Of a DNA stretch of 64,000 nt, positions 28,784-37,934 are shown piece after piece. Every line of letters begins with the position of its first letter. Within the stretch, counting starts at the first letter, position 1. The DNA comes from a virus (lineage: Duplodnaviria > Caudoviricetes). The translations under genes were made by a program, and so were the position numbers. The stretch covers positions 6,320-70,319 of IMG/VR virus record IMGVR_UViG_3300011335_000604. One strand, 5' to 3'. The notes beneath the pieces are model-generated. The model saw only the letters and a list, made by a program, of their open reading frames with translations. It searched no databases and had not been told where the DNA came from.

Positions 28784-29535
28784 ACTTTACTTGGCATTTG
28801 AGTCTGAATGTTCCATTGGTTCTCGTTTCCAATACCAATATATGTCTTGATCATGTCAGTCAAATGATCCAAACAGCTTTCTGGATACTCAAATTCAACA
28901 CTTGCGCTTGGAGTACCTATTGGGGCCGTTGAAACATTGGTGTGGAAAGAGCCTGGAGGTAAATATACGGGAATTCCGTTCTCAATTTGATAGTCAAATA
29001 CAGGCTGAATAGGCTCTCGTATGTAAGTAAAGGTTATCCGTGTCATGTACGGATAGATGAAGTATTTGTCGTTACGTGTAACTAGGATCGGGTCATTCTC
29101 TTCCGGGTTTTCAACCGGGCTCGTGATTGAGTTACGCATCTTGGCGTCGAACTCATGCTGGCTCACAAACTCAACGCTGCGATAGTTTGTATCATACGAG
29201 CAGCTGTTGTTAAGTATTTCAAGAAAACTTGCAGTTGCTTGGTACCAAATATCAGCAGGAATATCCGTGTATCCACCGCGTTCCGGCCGACCCTGCAACA
29301 CAGGTGTAAACGACATGGCTGGATACTGAGGCGACCCCATTGTTTTGATAAACGTCTGTAGGTCACTTGTAATCTCTCGGTTTTTTTCAAAGTTGTCTAC
29401 CAGCGTGTTAAGATAACGCTGGTTAACAATCTTGATAGCCCGATTGAAATCGTCGGGCGTGATGTAGCCGCCCCTCAGATCCTTTCCGGCTCTGAAGAGA
29501 AGCTCATCATATATTTGACCGAGGTTAGTAGTCAT
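28780..29535 (-). CDS. Tail tubular / ring protein (251 aa)
   Basis: GGYITPDDFN...Q and ITFTYIREP motifs typical of crAss-like ring proteins. Confidence 0.6.
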   Translation of the reverse strand: MTTNLGQIYDELLFRAGKDLRGGYITPDDFNRAIKIVNQRYLNTLVDNFEKNREITSDLQTFIKTMGSPQYPAMSFTPVLQGRPERGGYTDIPADIWYQATASFLEILNNSCSYDTNYRSVEFVSQHEFDAKMRNSITSPVENPEENDPILVTRNDKYFIYPYMTRITFTYIREPIQPVFDYQIENGIPVYLPPGSFHTNVSTAPIGTPSASVEFEYPESCLDHLTDMIKTYIGIGNENQWNIQTQMPSKV

Positions 29536-31889
29536 TATGGATAAATTTCAATTTTAACCGTAGCAAACGTCAACATCCCGTCAGTATAAGCTGCCGGTCC
29601 AACCCCAGTTGGTCCCAATCCTGTTGTCAAAAGAAATAACGAATTGGTGGTGTTTACATACGCTTGTATTCCACCCGGATAATCAAGTCCACCCGCTCCA
29701 TAACACACAGTAACAATTGATTTACCAGTTGTAAATGGTGTTCCTGTAGCTAAACATCGATAGTAACCGGTGCCAACTCGATCCCAAGTTAATGTCTGAC
29801 CAGTTGTATTGCTGATAACAGTTGCGGTAGGGTTTCCGGTTCCTATTTGAGTTAAAAGGGCAACGTATACCTTTGGCAAAGTGGTCTCTACAACCTTTCC
29901 GTCAGCCTGTACGGCTAGTCCATATGTTGCCGTAGTGGCTGGAAACACACCTCCACCGTATTGACCAAATTGAATCTGATTGCTTGAATCTAGTACCGCA
30001 AATCTGGCGTCATCTCCCTCACTGTTTATTTTGAAGGTAAATCCCTGTTTGTCAATAACAACATCTCCAGTTTGGTCGCCTCCAAGTTGTACATCCTTTC
30101 CTACCTTCGTAAGTCCATTAGATGCCGTATTCATCAAGTCCGTCTCTACAACTTTTCCGTCAGCCACAACACCCAAGCCATATGTCGCTGTAGTTCCAGG
30201 GAACAGGTTGCCACCATATTGACCAAATTGCACCTGGTTAGTTCCGCCTAACAAAGCAAATCGGTTAGTGTCTCCCTCACTATTCAATCTAAACGTAAAG
30301 CTCTGAGTGTCAATTGTAGTTGCCGCATCAAGACTTCCACCAAGGCCTAGGTTGTTGCCGGTTTTAGTTAAACCGTTTATGCCGTCATAGATAGCATCAA
30401 TCTGGATGTTTTCCAATGCCAAATCTGCTTGGTCTAATTGAACCTGTACGTTAGGACCGGTTAAGATTGCGTGGCTACCACCATTGGCGGGAATGTCTAC
30501 CGCTTCCGGCGCACCGCCTGGCGTGTAGTATTGTTCCCACTCAGCTTCGCCCTCAGTAGCAACCGTACAGCGCCACAAATAACCCGTAGTGACGTCCTGC
30601 CAGATAGCGCCAACTTGAACGCCCGCACTAACATCGTCATTATTGTCTGGAACCCCCGAATTGAGCCGAAATTGAAATGACTGAAGTAAGCTGTCGATGA
30701 CAGATACCGCAGAGTTGTTTGAAACCCAGTAATATAGGTTGTCATCACAACAAGCACACTCGCATCCAGAAGAGTCGAGGTTTTGCTTAATCAATTCAAG
30801 TGTGGCCCTGTAGTTGGCTGTGTCTCCACATGTTCTGTAGTTCTGTGCCTCTGCATAATACAAAAGCACGTTGTCTACAAACACTTGGTATTTTGAAATG
30901 CGATTTCGCTGTAATTCATTTGCGTGAGCTACGCGAAGATTTTCAATACATGGAGTAAGCCCACAAAGACTTCCGGCACAGCTTACAGGATACTCTTCAA
31001 TTGTAGAAGTTGAATACTGAAGTATCAGTCCATCTGTTTGTATTTGATGGATCTGCTCAGACAACGACACCGAATAAGTACCCGTGGCAAGAGGGGTGCT
31101 GTTCTGAATAGTTGGATAAGGAAGCGAGTTAACAACTACGTTTCCTGGGAAGTTAGGATCGAGTGTAGTCCACGACGGGTAGTTGATTGTGCAATTAAGA
31201 CTTGAAACAATCTCATTTGCAGCCAAAACAGTTGTGTTGGCTACAGCCCACGATCCATTGTCGCCGTATTCACAGTCATATGTAAAACTTACATTTGCAG
31301 TTGTTCGAGTACACCCAGCATAGCTATACGAAGCGTCAAGCTGGACATTACCGGGAACTATATCAAACTCAATACCCGTGAAGGTATCGGCCGTAATTGT
31401 TTCTGCAACAGTTATGGTTATGTTTGGGTCGTTGAAAACAGCAGACACGACCGTAACATTTTGGGTTGGACTTGCCCCACCGGTAAGAGTTATTGTGTTG
31501 CCGGCCTCAAGATAGTTTGCTAACCATGCATCTGTAGCCCCTACAACAATTACGTTGCTCTCTAAGTCCTCAACTATTGAGAAATCACTCGCAAGTCTAA
31601 GGCTGTACTCAAGAGTGTAAACCCCGTTTGCAACCTCTCCATTCAAGTCAAGTTCCAGGTCAAACTGAAAAACCTGGGGATTGCTCCCCAGGAATTCTAA
31701 GTCTATCATTGGATCGGCGATACCGCCGTTAGGCACAATTATATCGCCGTTAAAAGTAATCTGCCCCAACCCTTTAGCCTGTGTTGCTAAAAGATCTATG
31801 CCTAAAGCCGAATAGTCGGTCAAATCTGTTACGATCCCTTTGGGAGGAGATGCTGTTAGATCAAGCGTAAGGGTTACGGTGCTAATCAT
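29535..31889 (-). CDS. Structural protein (784 aa) with Cys-rich region and internal duplication
   Basis: CAGSLCGLTPC...GCECACC; two ~83-aa copies of NGLTK..LGG...FTF.NSEGD..RFA.L...Q.QFGQYGG..FP.TTATYGL.V.ADGKVVET. Confidence 0.6.
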   Translation of the reverse strand: MISTVTLTLDLTASPPKGIVTDLTDYSALGIDLLATQAKGLGQITFNGDIIVPNGGIADPMIDLEFLGSNPQVFQFDLELDLNGEVANGVYTLEYSLRLASDFSIVEDLESNVIVVGATDAWLANYLEAGNTITLTGGASPTQNVTVVSAVFNDPNITITVAETITADTFTGIEFDIVPGNVQLDASYSYAGCTRTTANVSFTYDCEYGDNGSWAVANTTVLAANEIVSSLNCTINYPSWTTLDPNFPGNVVVNSLPYPTIQNSTPLATGTYSVSLSEQIHQIQTDGLILQYSTSTIEEYPVSCAGSLCGLTPCIENLRVAHANELQRNRISKYQVFVDNVLLYYAEAQNYRTCGDTANYRATLELIKQNLDSSGCECACCDDNLYYWVSNNSAVSVIDSLLQSFQFRLNSGVPDNNDDVSAGVQVGAIWQDVTTGYLWRCTVATEGEAEWEQYYTPGGAPEAVDIPANGGSHAILTGPNVQVQLDQADLALENIQIDAIYDGINGLTKTGNNLGLGGSLDAATTIDTQSFTFRLNSEGDTNRFALLGGTNQVQFGQYGGNLFPGTTATYGLGVVADGKVVETDLMNTASNGLTKVGKDVQLGGDQTGDVVIDKQGFTFKINSEGDDARFAVLDSSNQIQFGQYGGGVFPATTATYGLAVQADGKVVETTLPKVYVALLTQIGTGNPTATVISNTTGQTLTWDRVGTGYYRCLATGTPFTTGKSIVTVCYGAGGLDYPGGIQAYVNTTNSLFLLTTGLGPTGVGPAAYTDGMLTFATVKIEIYP
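29885..30385 (-). repeat. Tandem duplication of a ~250-bp coding module
   Basis: Two homologous ~83-aa units visible in the translation; boundaries approximate. Confidence 0.75.
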
Positions 31890-31892
31890 CTT

Positions 31893-32822
31893 TTATAGTT
31901 TTCTTAATTTACCTAATAATTCTTCATTTACCTTGAGGTGGTCAATCAACGCAAATGCAGCCTCGCTACCATCTTGCGTTGACTCAAAAAATGGTGACTT
32001 CAACCACTTTGTACCATCGCCTCTACGGTCGCGAATATACCACAAACCGTCTTCATTTTTGATAAAATTCTCACTCAAAAGTCTGTTAACCAGCTCGTGG
32101 ATGGTCTCGCCTTCCGATGACTTAATCTGAGATGGTTTTACTGAGTTAAGAATTTCAAACGCATTCTTTCTGAACGTATCGCTACCGTTCTTGATTGTGT
32201 CGTGAAGCATCACGCGGGTCTCATCCTCTGTGTGAAGAGCATTCATGCCTAAGCCCTCAACGGTCTTCAAGATGGTCTTATAATCAGTGTCGAAGTAGAT
32301 AAGGTTTTCAAGCTCACGAGCTGCCTTAGCCACGCTAATTTTGCTTTTAGCCTCTACATCTTTTTTCTCGTACTCATATCTTAGGTTCGGCGACTTGTGC
32401 ATTGCCTTGTTGCCGTGTATAATAGGACACATGTATTGAAGGAAAAACAACAAGTCTTTTTGATGTGGTTGAACCGTAAAGCCATCACGGATATCTATTC
32501 GTGAGCTTTGATAGTTTACATTACCATTTATATTGGTAGGCGCTAAATTTGTGTAGATTAGGGTGTACTCAGACTCAGTTGACTTGTCGTAAAAATTTGC
32601 TTTCGTCTTAATAGAAGACGCCCCTGGATCTTGAATCATAAGAACCGGTTCAGCATCAGTATTGTTTGTTGGCACCTTGTATTTTCTCAGCTTATACTGG
32701 TCCCTAATTCTCAATACCACAGGTCTTTTTTCGTTAAAAAAATAAGGGAAATCATTTCGTAATTCCTGCTCTGCCCATTCCGGGATGTTTACAGCCTCGT
32801 TGTTGCTTAAATCAAATAACAT
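31893..32822 (-). CDS. Conserved post-capsid protein (309 aa)
   Basis: Directly downstream of the MCP as in crAss-like gene order; DLLFFLQYMCP segment. Confidence 0.5.
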   Translation of the reverse strand: MLFDLSNNEAVNIPEWAEQELRNDFPYFFNEKRPVVLRIRDQYKLRKYKVPTNNTDAEPVLMIQDPGASSIKTKANFYDKSTESEYTLIYTNLAPTNINGNVNYQSSRIDIRDGFTVQPHQKDLLFFLQYMCPIIHGNKAMHKSPNLRYEYEKKDVEAKSKISVAKAARELENLIYFDTDYKTILKTVEGLGMNALHTEDETRVMLHDTIKNGSDTFRKNAFEILNSVKPSQIKSSEGETIHELVNRLLSENFIKNEDGLWYIRDRRGDGTKWLKSPFFESTQDGSEAAFALIDHLKVNEELLGKLRKL

Positions 32823-32847
32823 ATCGTTTTATTTTTTTGTTTGTATG

Positions 32848-32879
32848 AAAACCGGGAGAAGTTTCCCCCTCCCGGTTTT
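32848..32879 (-). terminator. Terminator after the major capsid gene
   Basis: AAAACCGGGAG / CTCCCGGTTTT 11-bp inverted repeat. Confidence 0.75.
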
Positions 32880-32891
32880 AAATTTACTAGA

Positions 32892-34382
32892 TTAAACAGT
32901 GAACATACCGTACTTGTTAGCGTTTACAAACTTGTACGCTACTTCAGATACGATGTGAACACCGAGCTGCCATACGTCAGTCTTGTTAGCTGCCGCACGA
33001 CCACCTGTTTGCCACATGTTCATGAATGCACCTGGCTTGTGACACAGACGGATATACTTACCCATGTTACCAATACCGTCGTCAACACCTCCATTAGTAC
33101 TCAATGGGATGAAGAACGCAAGGTTTTTCCAAGTGTTGTCTGTCTGAGCAGCAGCGTTAGAGCCAACACCAAACATGGTTGGGTTGTCAAAGATGCCCAT
33201 ACGAACAAATCCAAAGTTCTTGTTATTGAAAACAAGGCTGTTGAACGAGAACGTCTTGCTCATCAAGTCAGCGTAAGCGCCTTCTCCCCAGAAGGTTTTC
33301 TCCATCTGAACCTTGTTAACAGTTACGTTAAGGTTGAATGGGCTCGCAGACGCTACTGTTGGAGACGCTGTTCCAAACAAGTTTTGCTCAAGCATTGCTT
33401 GCATGTAACCGCTAGTCCAAACCATGTAGTTCTTTACAGAACCGTCCTGTGAAGACAAAGCAGCTTCCATTGCATAGAAGTCTGTCTGATCGGGACCAGC
33501 AGTTCCAATGCCTGTAATTACGGTGCTTGAACCACCATTAGCTCCAGAGCCGTTGTTGTTAATAGCATCATACAAACCTTGAGTGGTTTGGAATGAGGTT
33601 GCAGAAACACCAGCAGTGTTGTAACCAGTAGCGTTAGAAGGAACACCAGCAAAGAAGGTGTTTACCAACGCAACTTGGTGTTCACGCTGCAAGTAGATGA
33701 TGTCGCGTGAGTTAGAGTATGGAGTCTGAACCCCGTTCTCCAACTGTGAGTACCAAAGCTGGTTGTAAAGCGCCTCTGAGCTAGAAGTAGTGTCGTTACG
33801 GAAAGTCTGCAAAGGAACGGTATTAACCGTGTCGAATGTAAACTTAGAAGCGTAAGAACCACCATTTTCTGGGGCTGAGTTACCAACGTAGAACATCAAT
33901 CCGTCGGGACCAGGTGCGCCAGTAATCAACGGAACCATGGTAACCAATGTAGCAGATGCCTTTACGGTGATTTGGTAAAGATTGCCTGTGCTTGCATCTC
34001 TCCAAATGTCACCAGCTGCTGGGAAAGAGTATTGTACTCCGCCAACAGTCTGAATAGCCGCACCGCTAATTGTTACTGTGTATGGACCGCCAGCAGCACC
34101 AGCAGAAGCTACAGTAATTGGAGCTTCCATACGGGTCATTTCAAACCAACGAACACGTGGGTTTTTCGCGATTTCGCGGTTACCTACAGCGTTCATGATT
34201 TGGTTCATAGCGTCCCAGTATTCGTCACCGAATGGCAGGTAAGCTACAGCGTCAAAGTCTTCCATAAGTGCGTCCCAGTTGTTCTGGATCGCACCATAGG
34301 TCATAGCACCGGTAGGGTTAGTGGTGCTATTGTTACTGGGTGAAAGGGGGAATGTAAAATTCGCCCCAGGAGTATATCCCAT
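32892..34382 (-). CDS. Major capsid protein (496 aa)
   Basis: Portal-scaffold-MCP order, size, strong terminator downstream, RWFEM and TTQGLYDAI segments, inserted beta-rich domain. Confidence 0.75.
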   Translation of the reverse strand: MGYTPGANFTFPLSPSNNSTTNPTGAMTYGAIQNNWDALMEDFDAVAYLPFGDEYWDAMNQIMNAVGNREIAKNPRVRWFEMTRMEAPITVASAGAAGGPYTVTISGAAIQTVGGVQYSFPAAGDIWRDASTGNLYQITVKASATLVTMVPLITGAPGPDGLMFYVGNSAPENGGSYASKFTFDTVNTVPLQTFRNDTTSSSEALYNQLWYSQLENGVQTPYSNSRDIIYLQREHQVALVNTFFAGVPSNATGYNTAGVSATSFQTTQGLYDAINNNGSGANGGSSTVITGIGTAGPDQTDFYAMEAALSSQDGSVKNYMVWTSGYMQAMLEQNLFGTASPTVASASPFNLNVTVNKVQMEKTFWGEGAYADLMSKTFSFNSLVFNNKNFGFVRMGIFDNPTMFGVGSNAAAQTDNTWKNLAFFIPLSTNGGVDDGIGNMGKYIRLCHKPGAFMNMWQTGGRAAANKTDVWQLGVHIVSEVAYKFVNANKYGMFTV

Positions 34383-34405
34383 TTTCTTGTTTTTTTAAGG
34401 GTTAA

Positions 34406-35467
34406 TTATGACTTTAGCGTCTGAGATGGCAAAGGAATACCGCGCTCCATGAGATCTCTTTGAGCAGCAGTAAGACCCTTTTGATCTACAGCCGTTTTGC
34501 CTACACGGTTCGGCGTTTTAGCCTGGCCGTTATAGACTTCGCGCACCACCTTTTTTTCGGTTTGAGCCGTAAGTGACTTGGCTATTTGAACTCCTAGATC
34601 CCCAGACTGAACCTTATGAATGAGGACCTGGTTCGTTAACCATTCACGTACCGCTTGTTTACCTTCCTTTGTGGTAGTATCAAAGGCTTGACCTAAATAA
34701 CCTGCATACTGCGACTTCAAAATCGAATCGACCTCTTCGTTTGAAACTTTTAACGAAACTTCCGTATCGCCGAATTTGTAGGGGACCTCCTTTAGCTGCT
34801 TGAAGTAGGTCTCTGCCTCCGCAAGCGCTAGTGTTTGTCTTTCCGCAATCTGTTTTTGAGTTTGGCTCTTTAGCTCTTTCGCAAAGGTAAAAGGATTTTT
34901 AACGGTTTCAACATCTTTTTTAGTGTTTTCAATGATCTCAATAGCATCAATTGCGTCAGACTTTAAAAGAGCTGTAGCGTAGTATTCCCCGTCACCTAAG
35001 TTATATTTTTCACGAATGGCTTCCTCGATAGTCGACTGGCCAAGACGCTTGAATTTGTCTGGGTTTTTAACAGCCTCTGCAAGCACAAGTGCCTTCAGCG
35101 GATCTTCCATCAATGTGTCCGGAGTAGATGATACGATTTGATTCGCAATGGTCGAATTAATACCCTTCTTTCCAAACGCCACCATGGTACGGGCCTCTTC
35201 AACACCGCCGAATGGATCGTCGGCTTCTTGCAGCAAGGCCAAGCCCTCTTCAACTTCTTTTTGCTTTTGGTTTAGCTGTTCTGCAAGGCCCTTGTAGTTA
35301 CGAAGCTCTTCAAATTCATTCTTAAATGAATCTTCGCTGTCGTAACCATAAGCAGAAAACCACGGCGAATCTACCGGGTTAACCTCTTCGTTTACTTCAT
35401 CGGTTACTTGTTCGTTTACTTGATCGTTCACCTGTTCGTTTTGATTTTCAAATTCGTTTGTTTCCAT
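34406..35467 (-). CDS. Scaffold-like protein (353 aa)
   Basis: Acidic N-terminal repeats (VNDQVNEQVTDEVNEEV), helical, between portal and MCP. Confidence 0.6.
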   Translation of the reverse strand: METNEFENQNEQVNDQVNEQVTDEVNEEVNPVDSPWFSAYGYDSEDSFKNEFEELRNYKGLAEQLNQKQKEVEEGLALLQEADDPFGGVEEARTMVAFGKKGINSTIANQIVSSTPDTLMEDPLKALVLAEAVKNPDKFKRLGQSTIEEAIREKYNLGDGEYYATALLKSDAIDAIEIIENTKKDVETVKNPFTFAKELKSQTQKQIAERQTLALAEAETYFKQLKEVPYKFGDTEVSLKVSNEEVDSILKSQYAGYLGQAFDTTTKEGKQAVREWLTNQVLIHKVQSGDLGVQIAKSLTAQTEKKVVREVYNGQAKTPNRVGKTAVDQKGLTAAQRDLMERGIPLPSQTLKS

Positions 35468-35472
35468 ATGTT

Positions 35473-37869
35473 TTATACTCTACCTGTGATTTCGTTTCCT
35501 AGTTGTGCCTCAAGGTTAGCCTCGAGGTTTATCTCTTCCAAGGCCTGCTGACCCTTTAGTACTTGAACTTGATAGTCGGCGTCTGCCTTTAGCTTAGCAA
35601 GCTGCTGTTCCTTCATTAGGTCAAGGTTTGCCTTCTCTCTGTGTCCAGCTATTTCCATCTGCATCTTCTGCATCATGGTCTGTCTCTTAGCCTCCTCTGT
35701 TACAATTGCTGACTGCTGCTGACCTTGAATAGTCTGCTGCAACATCATCTGAGAATACTGTTGTTCTCTTTGACGAGCCTCAGTTTCTTCGGTTGCCATG
35801 AACCAAAGAGCCTCATCAACGTCGCCATTCTTTAGCAATTGAGCCACACGCTCTACACTTGACGGGCTAAGAAGAACGGCGCCGTCTTTAGTTGGCATCT
35901 GTGACATCTGCATAGCACGCTGAAGTATGGCGCTTTTTTCTTTTTCGTTTGGCAACACCTTGCAGGTTATGGCTAGCTGGTCAAGAGACAAGCCTTCAAT
36001 ATCGTCAAGAGCGCTAATCATTGTCTCACCAATTATAGCCTCGTAAAACTCTCTAATCTTTGGGTCAAACTCAATATCAATGCGTGCCTGGTGGATCATT
36101 CTCTCGCCAAGTTTCTGTTTGAATTGACGCTCTGATTCACGAAGAGGCCAGTTGGCGTGGTTACCGGCAATATAGTCCTGCTCCATTACTCCCACCAAAC
36201 GCTCTGCTGACTGGTCTGGACTAGCCGCCATGGCGTCCGGGATACCCATGAGATCCTTGATCATCATCTGGATATTTGCAATCTGAGAAAGCCACTCCTG
36301 CCCCTGTGGGCCAAGGCCGTTGTCCATTTCTGTCAACGGCTGAGAAATGTATTTACCGGTCGCCGCGTTAAACTTCGTGGCAACAATCTGAATACCGTTC
36401 TGACGGTGGATGTGCATGAGGTCGAACAGGTCGTACTCTACACCCCCAATCTTGATGTTAGCGGCCTCGCCAACATCAATTCTATATCCCTTTGGGGCAG
36501 CAGCCCATACAGCTGCGCGTAACTTCAATACCGCAAACATCAAGTCGTCAAGCAATCCCTTCACGCTACGTGTAGGAGACTGACCGTTGATTCGGTGGAT
36601 AACGTAAGAACTCATGGGAGACAAGCCCTTCTGCATCTGGTTGGGCTTTTTGTTCCATTCGTAAATACGATCCTGGCCAGTGCCGGATATAATGTAAGAG
36701 CCCTCGTACCAGTAGTTACAAGTCACCTCGTCGTAGGTATCGTTTGGATTCTTTTTCTTTTCGTCTACAGGCTTGTTGTTTCGGATGTAGTTGCCATACC
36801 CCTGCTTGTTTACCCGCTCTACATACTGCTTATAGTCTGTGGAAAGGTATTCAAACTTCAACACGTAAACCTTGAAGTCCATCCAAACCCAACGGTTTGT
36901 AGTGGAGTCCTTACGCTCAAAGGCCCACTGAGGGATGGTAGAGATGTTTGTTTGGTACGGAACGTATGACTTAGCCATTGCCTGGATCTGGGCCTCGTTA
37001 AACCCTGCGTCTATGAGCTTGTCATAAATAGACTGAACGGTTTCAGCCTCAATGTGTCCTATGGCAACCGGCTCCTCTTGGTTGTCTTCATTCCAAAGCA
37101 TAACCATACGTGCCGGGTCAATGTATTGAAACTTAACCTGGCCGGTCAGCGGATCGTTATAAACCTTTGCCGCACGGAAATGGAAGTCAATCGCATCGCG
37201 GTTGAACTCCATTCGTTGCCCTGCCCAGTTTGAAGATCGAAAACCAGCCTCAGCTAATTTTTCTAAAGCGACCTCGTACTTTGTCTTGAAGAATCCTAAA
37301 CGATCAGCCATTTCTAGCATGGTGTCGTCTTTGGGGACAAAAGGAACCTTTAACTCCGGAAGACCTAACTGCTTTAAAAGCGGATTCGTAAAATTTGTTT
37401 TAGCAAATATTTCATTCTTACTGCGCTTCTTTTTATTGATGATATTTTTATCAAGAGAAACACAATTAAGTTTGTAATCGTTATCAGAAAGAATTGATAA
37501 AAGAACATTCGATAGTTTTCGCATTGGAGAGAAAATATCGTAGCTGATGTTAGCCATCGCCTTTCTCTGGGCCTTACTTAATCCTTTTGTGGTCGCGGCA
37601 CCATCTCCCTGGCCAAGCCCTCTTGTGCCTATAGGAGACCCGTTGGTAAACCAATTTTTATACTTTTCTTGGGATTGATTTCCGGCACCGTAGTTCCTAG
37701 TCTCCTGCATCTCAGGCAGTTGCGTGTAAGTGAAGTATGCCCCTCCCGCACAAAAACGAGTGTAAAGCGCCCTAGCACAACGCAACCCAAACTCCGGCTT
37801 TAGTTTGTCAGCCTCGGGTATGTTGTCGTTTGGAAACAACATACTGCCAAGTATCTGTGGCAATATCAT
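35473..37869 (-). CDS. Portal protein (798 aa)
   Basis: Position after TerL, size, Q/E-rich coiled-coil C-terminus, LMGIPDAM...AERLVG segment. Confidence 0.75.
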   Translation of the reverse strand: MILPQILGSMLFPNDNIPEADKLKPEFGLRCARALYTRFCAGGAYFTYTQLPEMQETRNYGAGNQSQEKYKNWFTNGSPIGTRGLGQGDGAATTKGLSKAQRKAMANISYDIFSPMRKLSNVLLSILSDNDYKLNCVSLDKNIINKKKRSKNEIFAKTNFTNPLLKQLGLPELKVPFVPKDDTMLEMADRLGFFKTKYEVALEKLAEAGFRSSNWAGQRMEFNRDAIDFHFRAAKVYNDPLTGQVKFQYIDPARMVMLWNEDNQEEPVAIGHIEAETVQSIYDKLIDAGFNEAQIQAMAKSYVPYQTNISTIPQWAFERKDSTTNRWVWMDFKVYVLKFEYLSTDYKQYVERVNKQGYGNYIRNNKPVDEKKKNPNDTYDEVTCNYWYEGSYIISGTGQDRIYEWNKKPNQMQKGLSPMSSYVIHRINGQSPTRSVKGLLDDLMFAVLKLRAAVWAAAPKGYRIDVGEAANIKIGGVEYDLFDLMHIHRQNGIQIVATKFNAATGKYISQPLTEMDNGLGPQGQEWLSQIANIQMMIKDLMGIPDAMAASPDQSAERLVGVMEQDYIAGNHANWPLRESERQFKQKLGERMIHQARIDIEFDPKIREFYEAIIGETMISALDDIEGLSLDQLAITCKVLPNEKEKSAILQRAMQMSQMPTKDGAVLLSPSSVERVAQLLKNGDVDEALWFMATEETEARQREQQYSQMMLQQTIQGQQQSAIVTEEAKRQTMMQKMQMEIAGHREKANLDLMKEQQLAKLKADADYQVQVLKGQQALEEINLEANLEAQLGNEITGRV

Positions 37870-37895
37870 ATCTTACAAAATTTGGTTAACCTTGA

Positions 37896-37903
37896 CAAAT
37901 GTA
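37896..37903 (-). promoter_or_regulatory. -7 promoter element (TACATTTG) upstream of the portal gene
   Basis: Matches TAnnTTTG. Confidence 0.55.
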
Positions 37904-37934
37904 CTACATTTTTTTATTAAATAGTTGAAAACAA

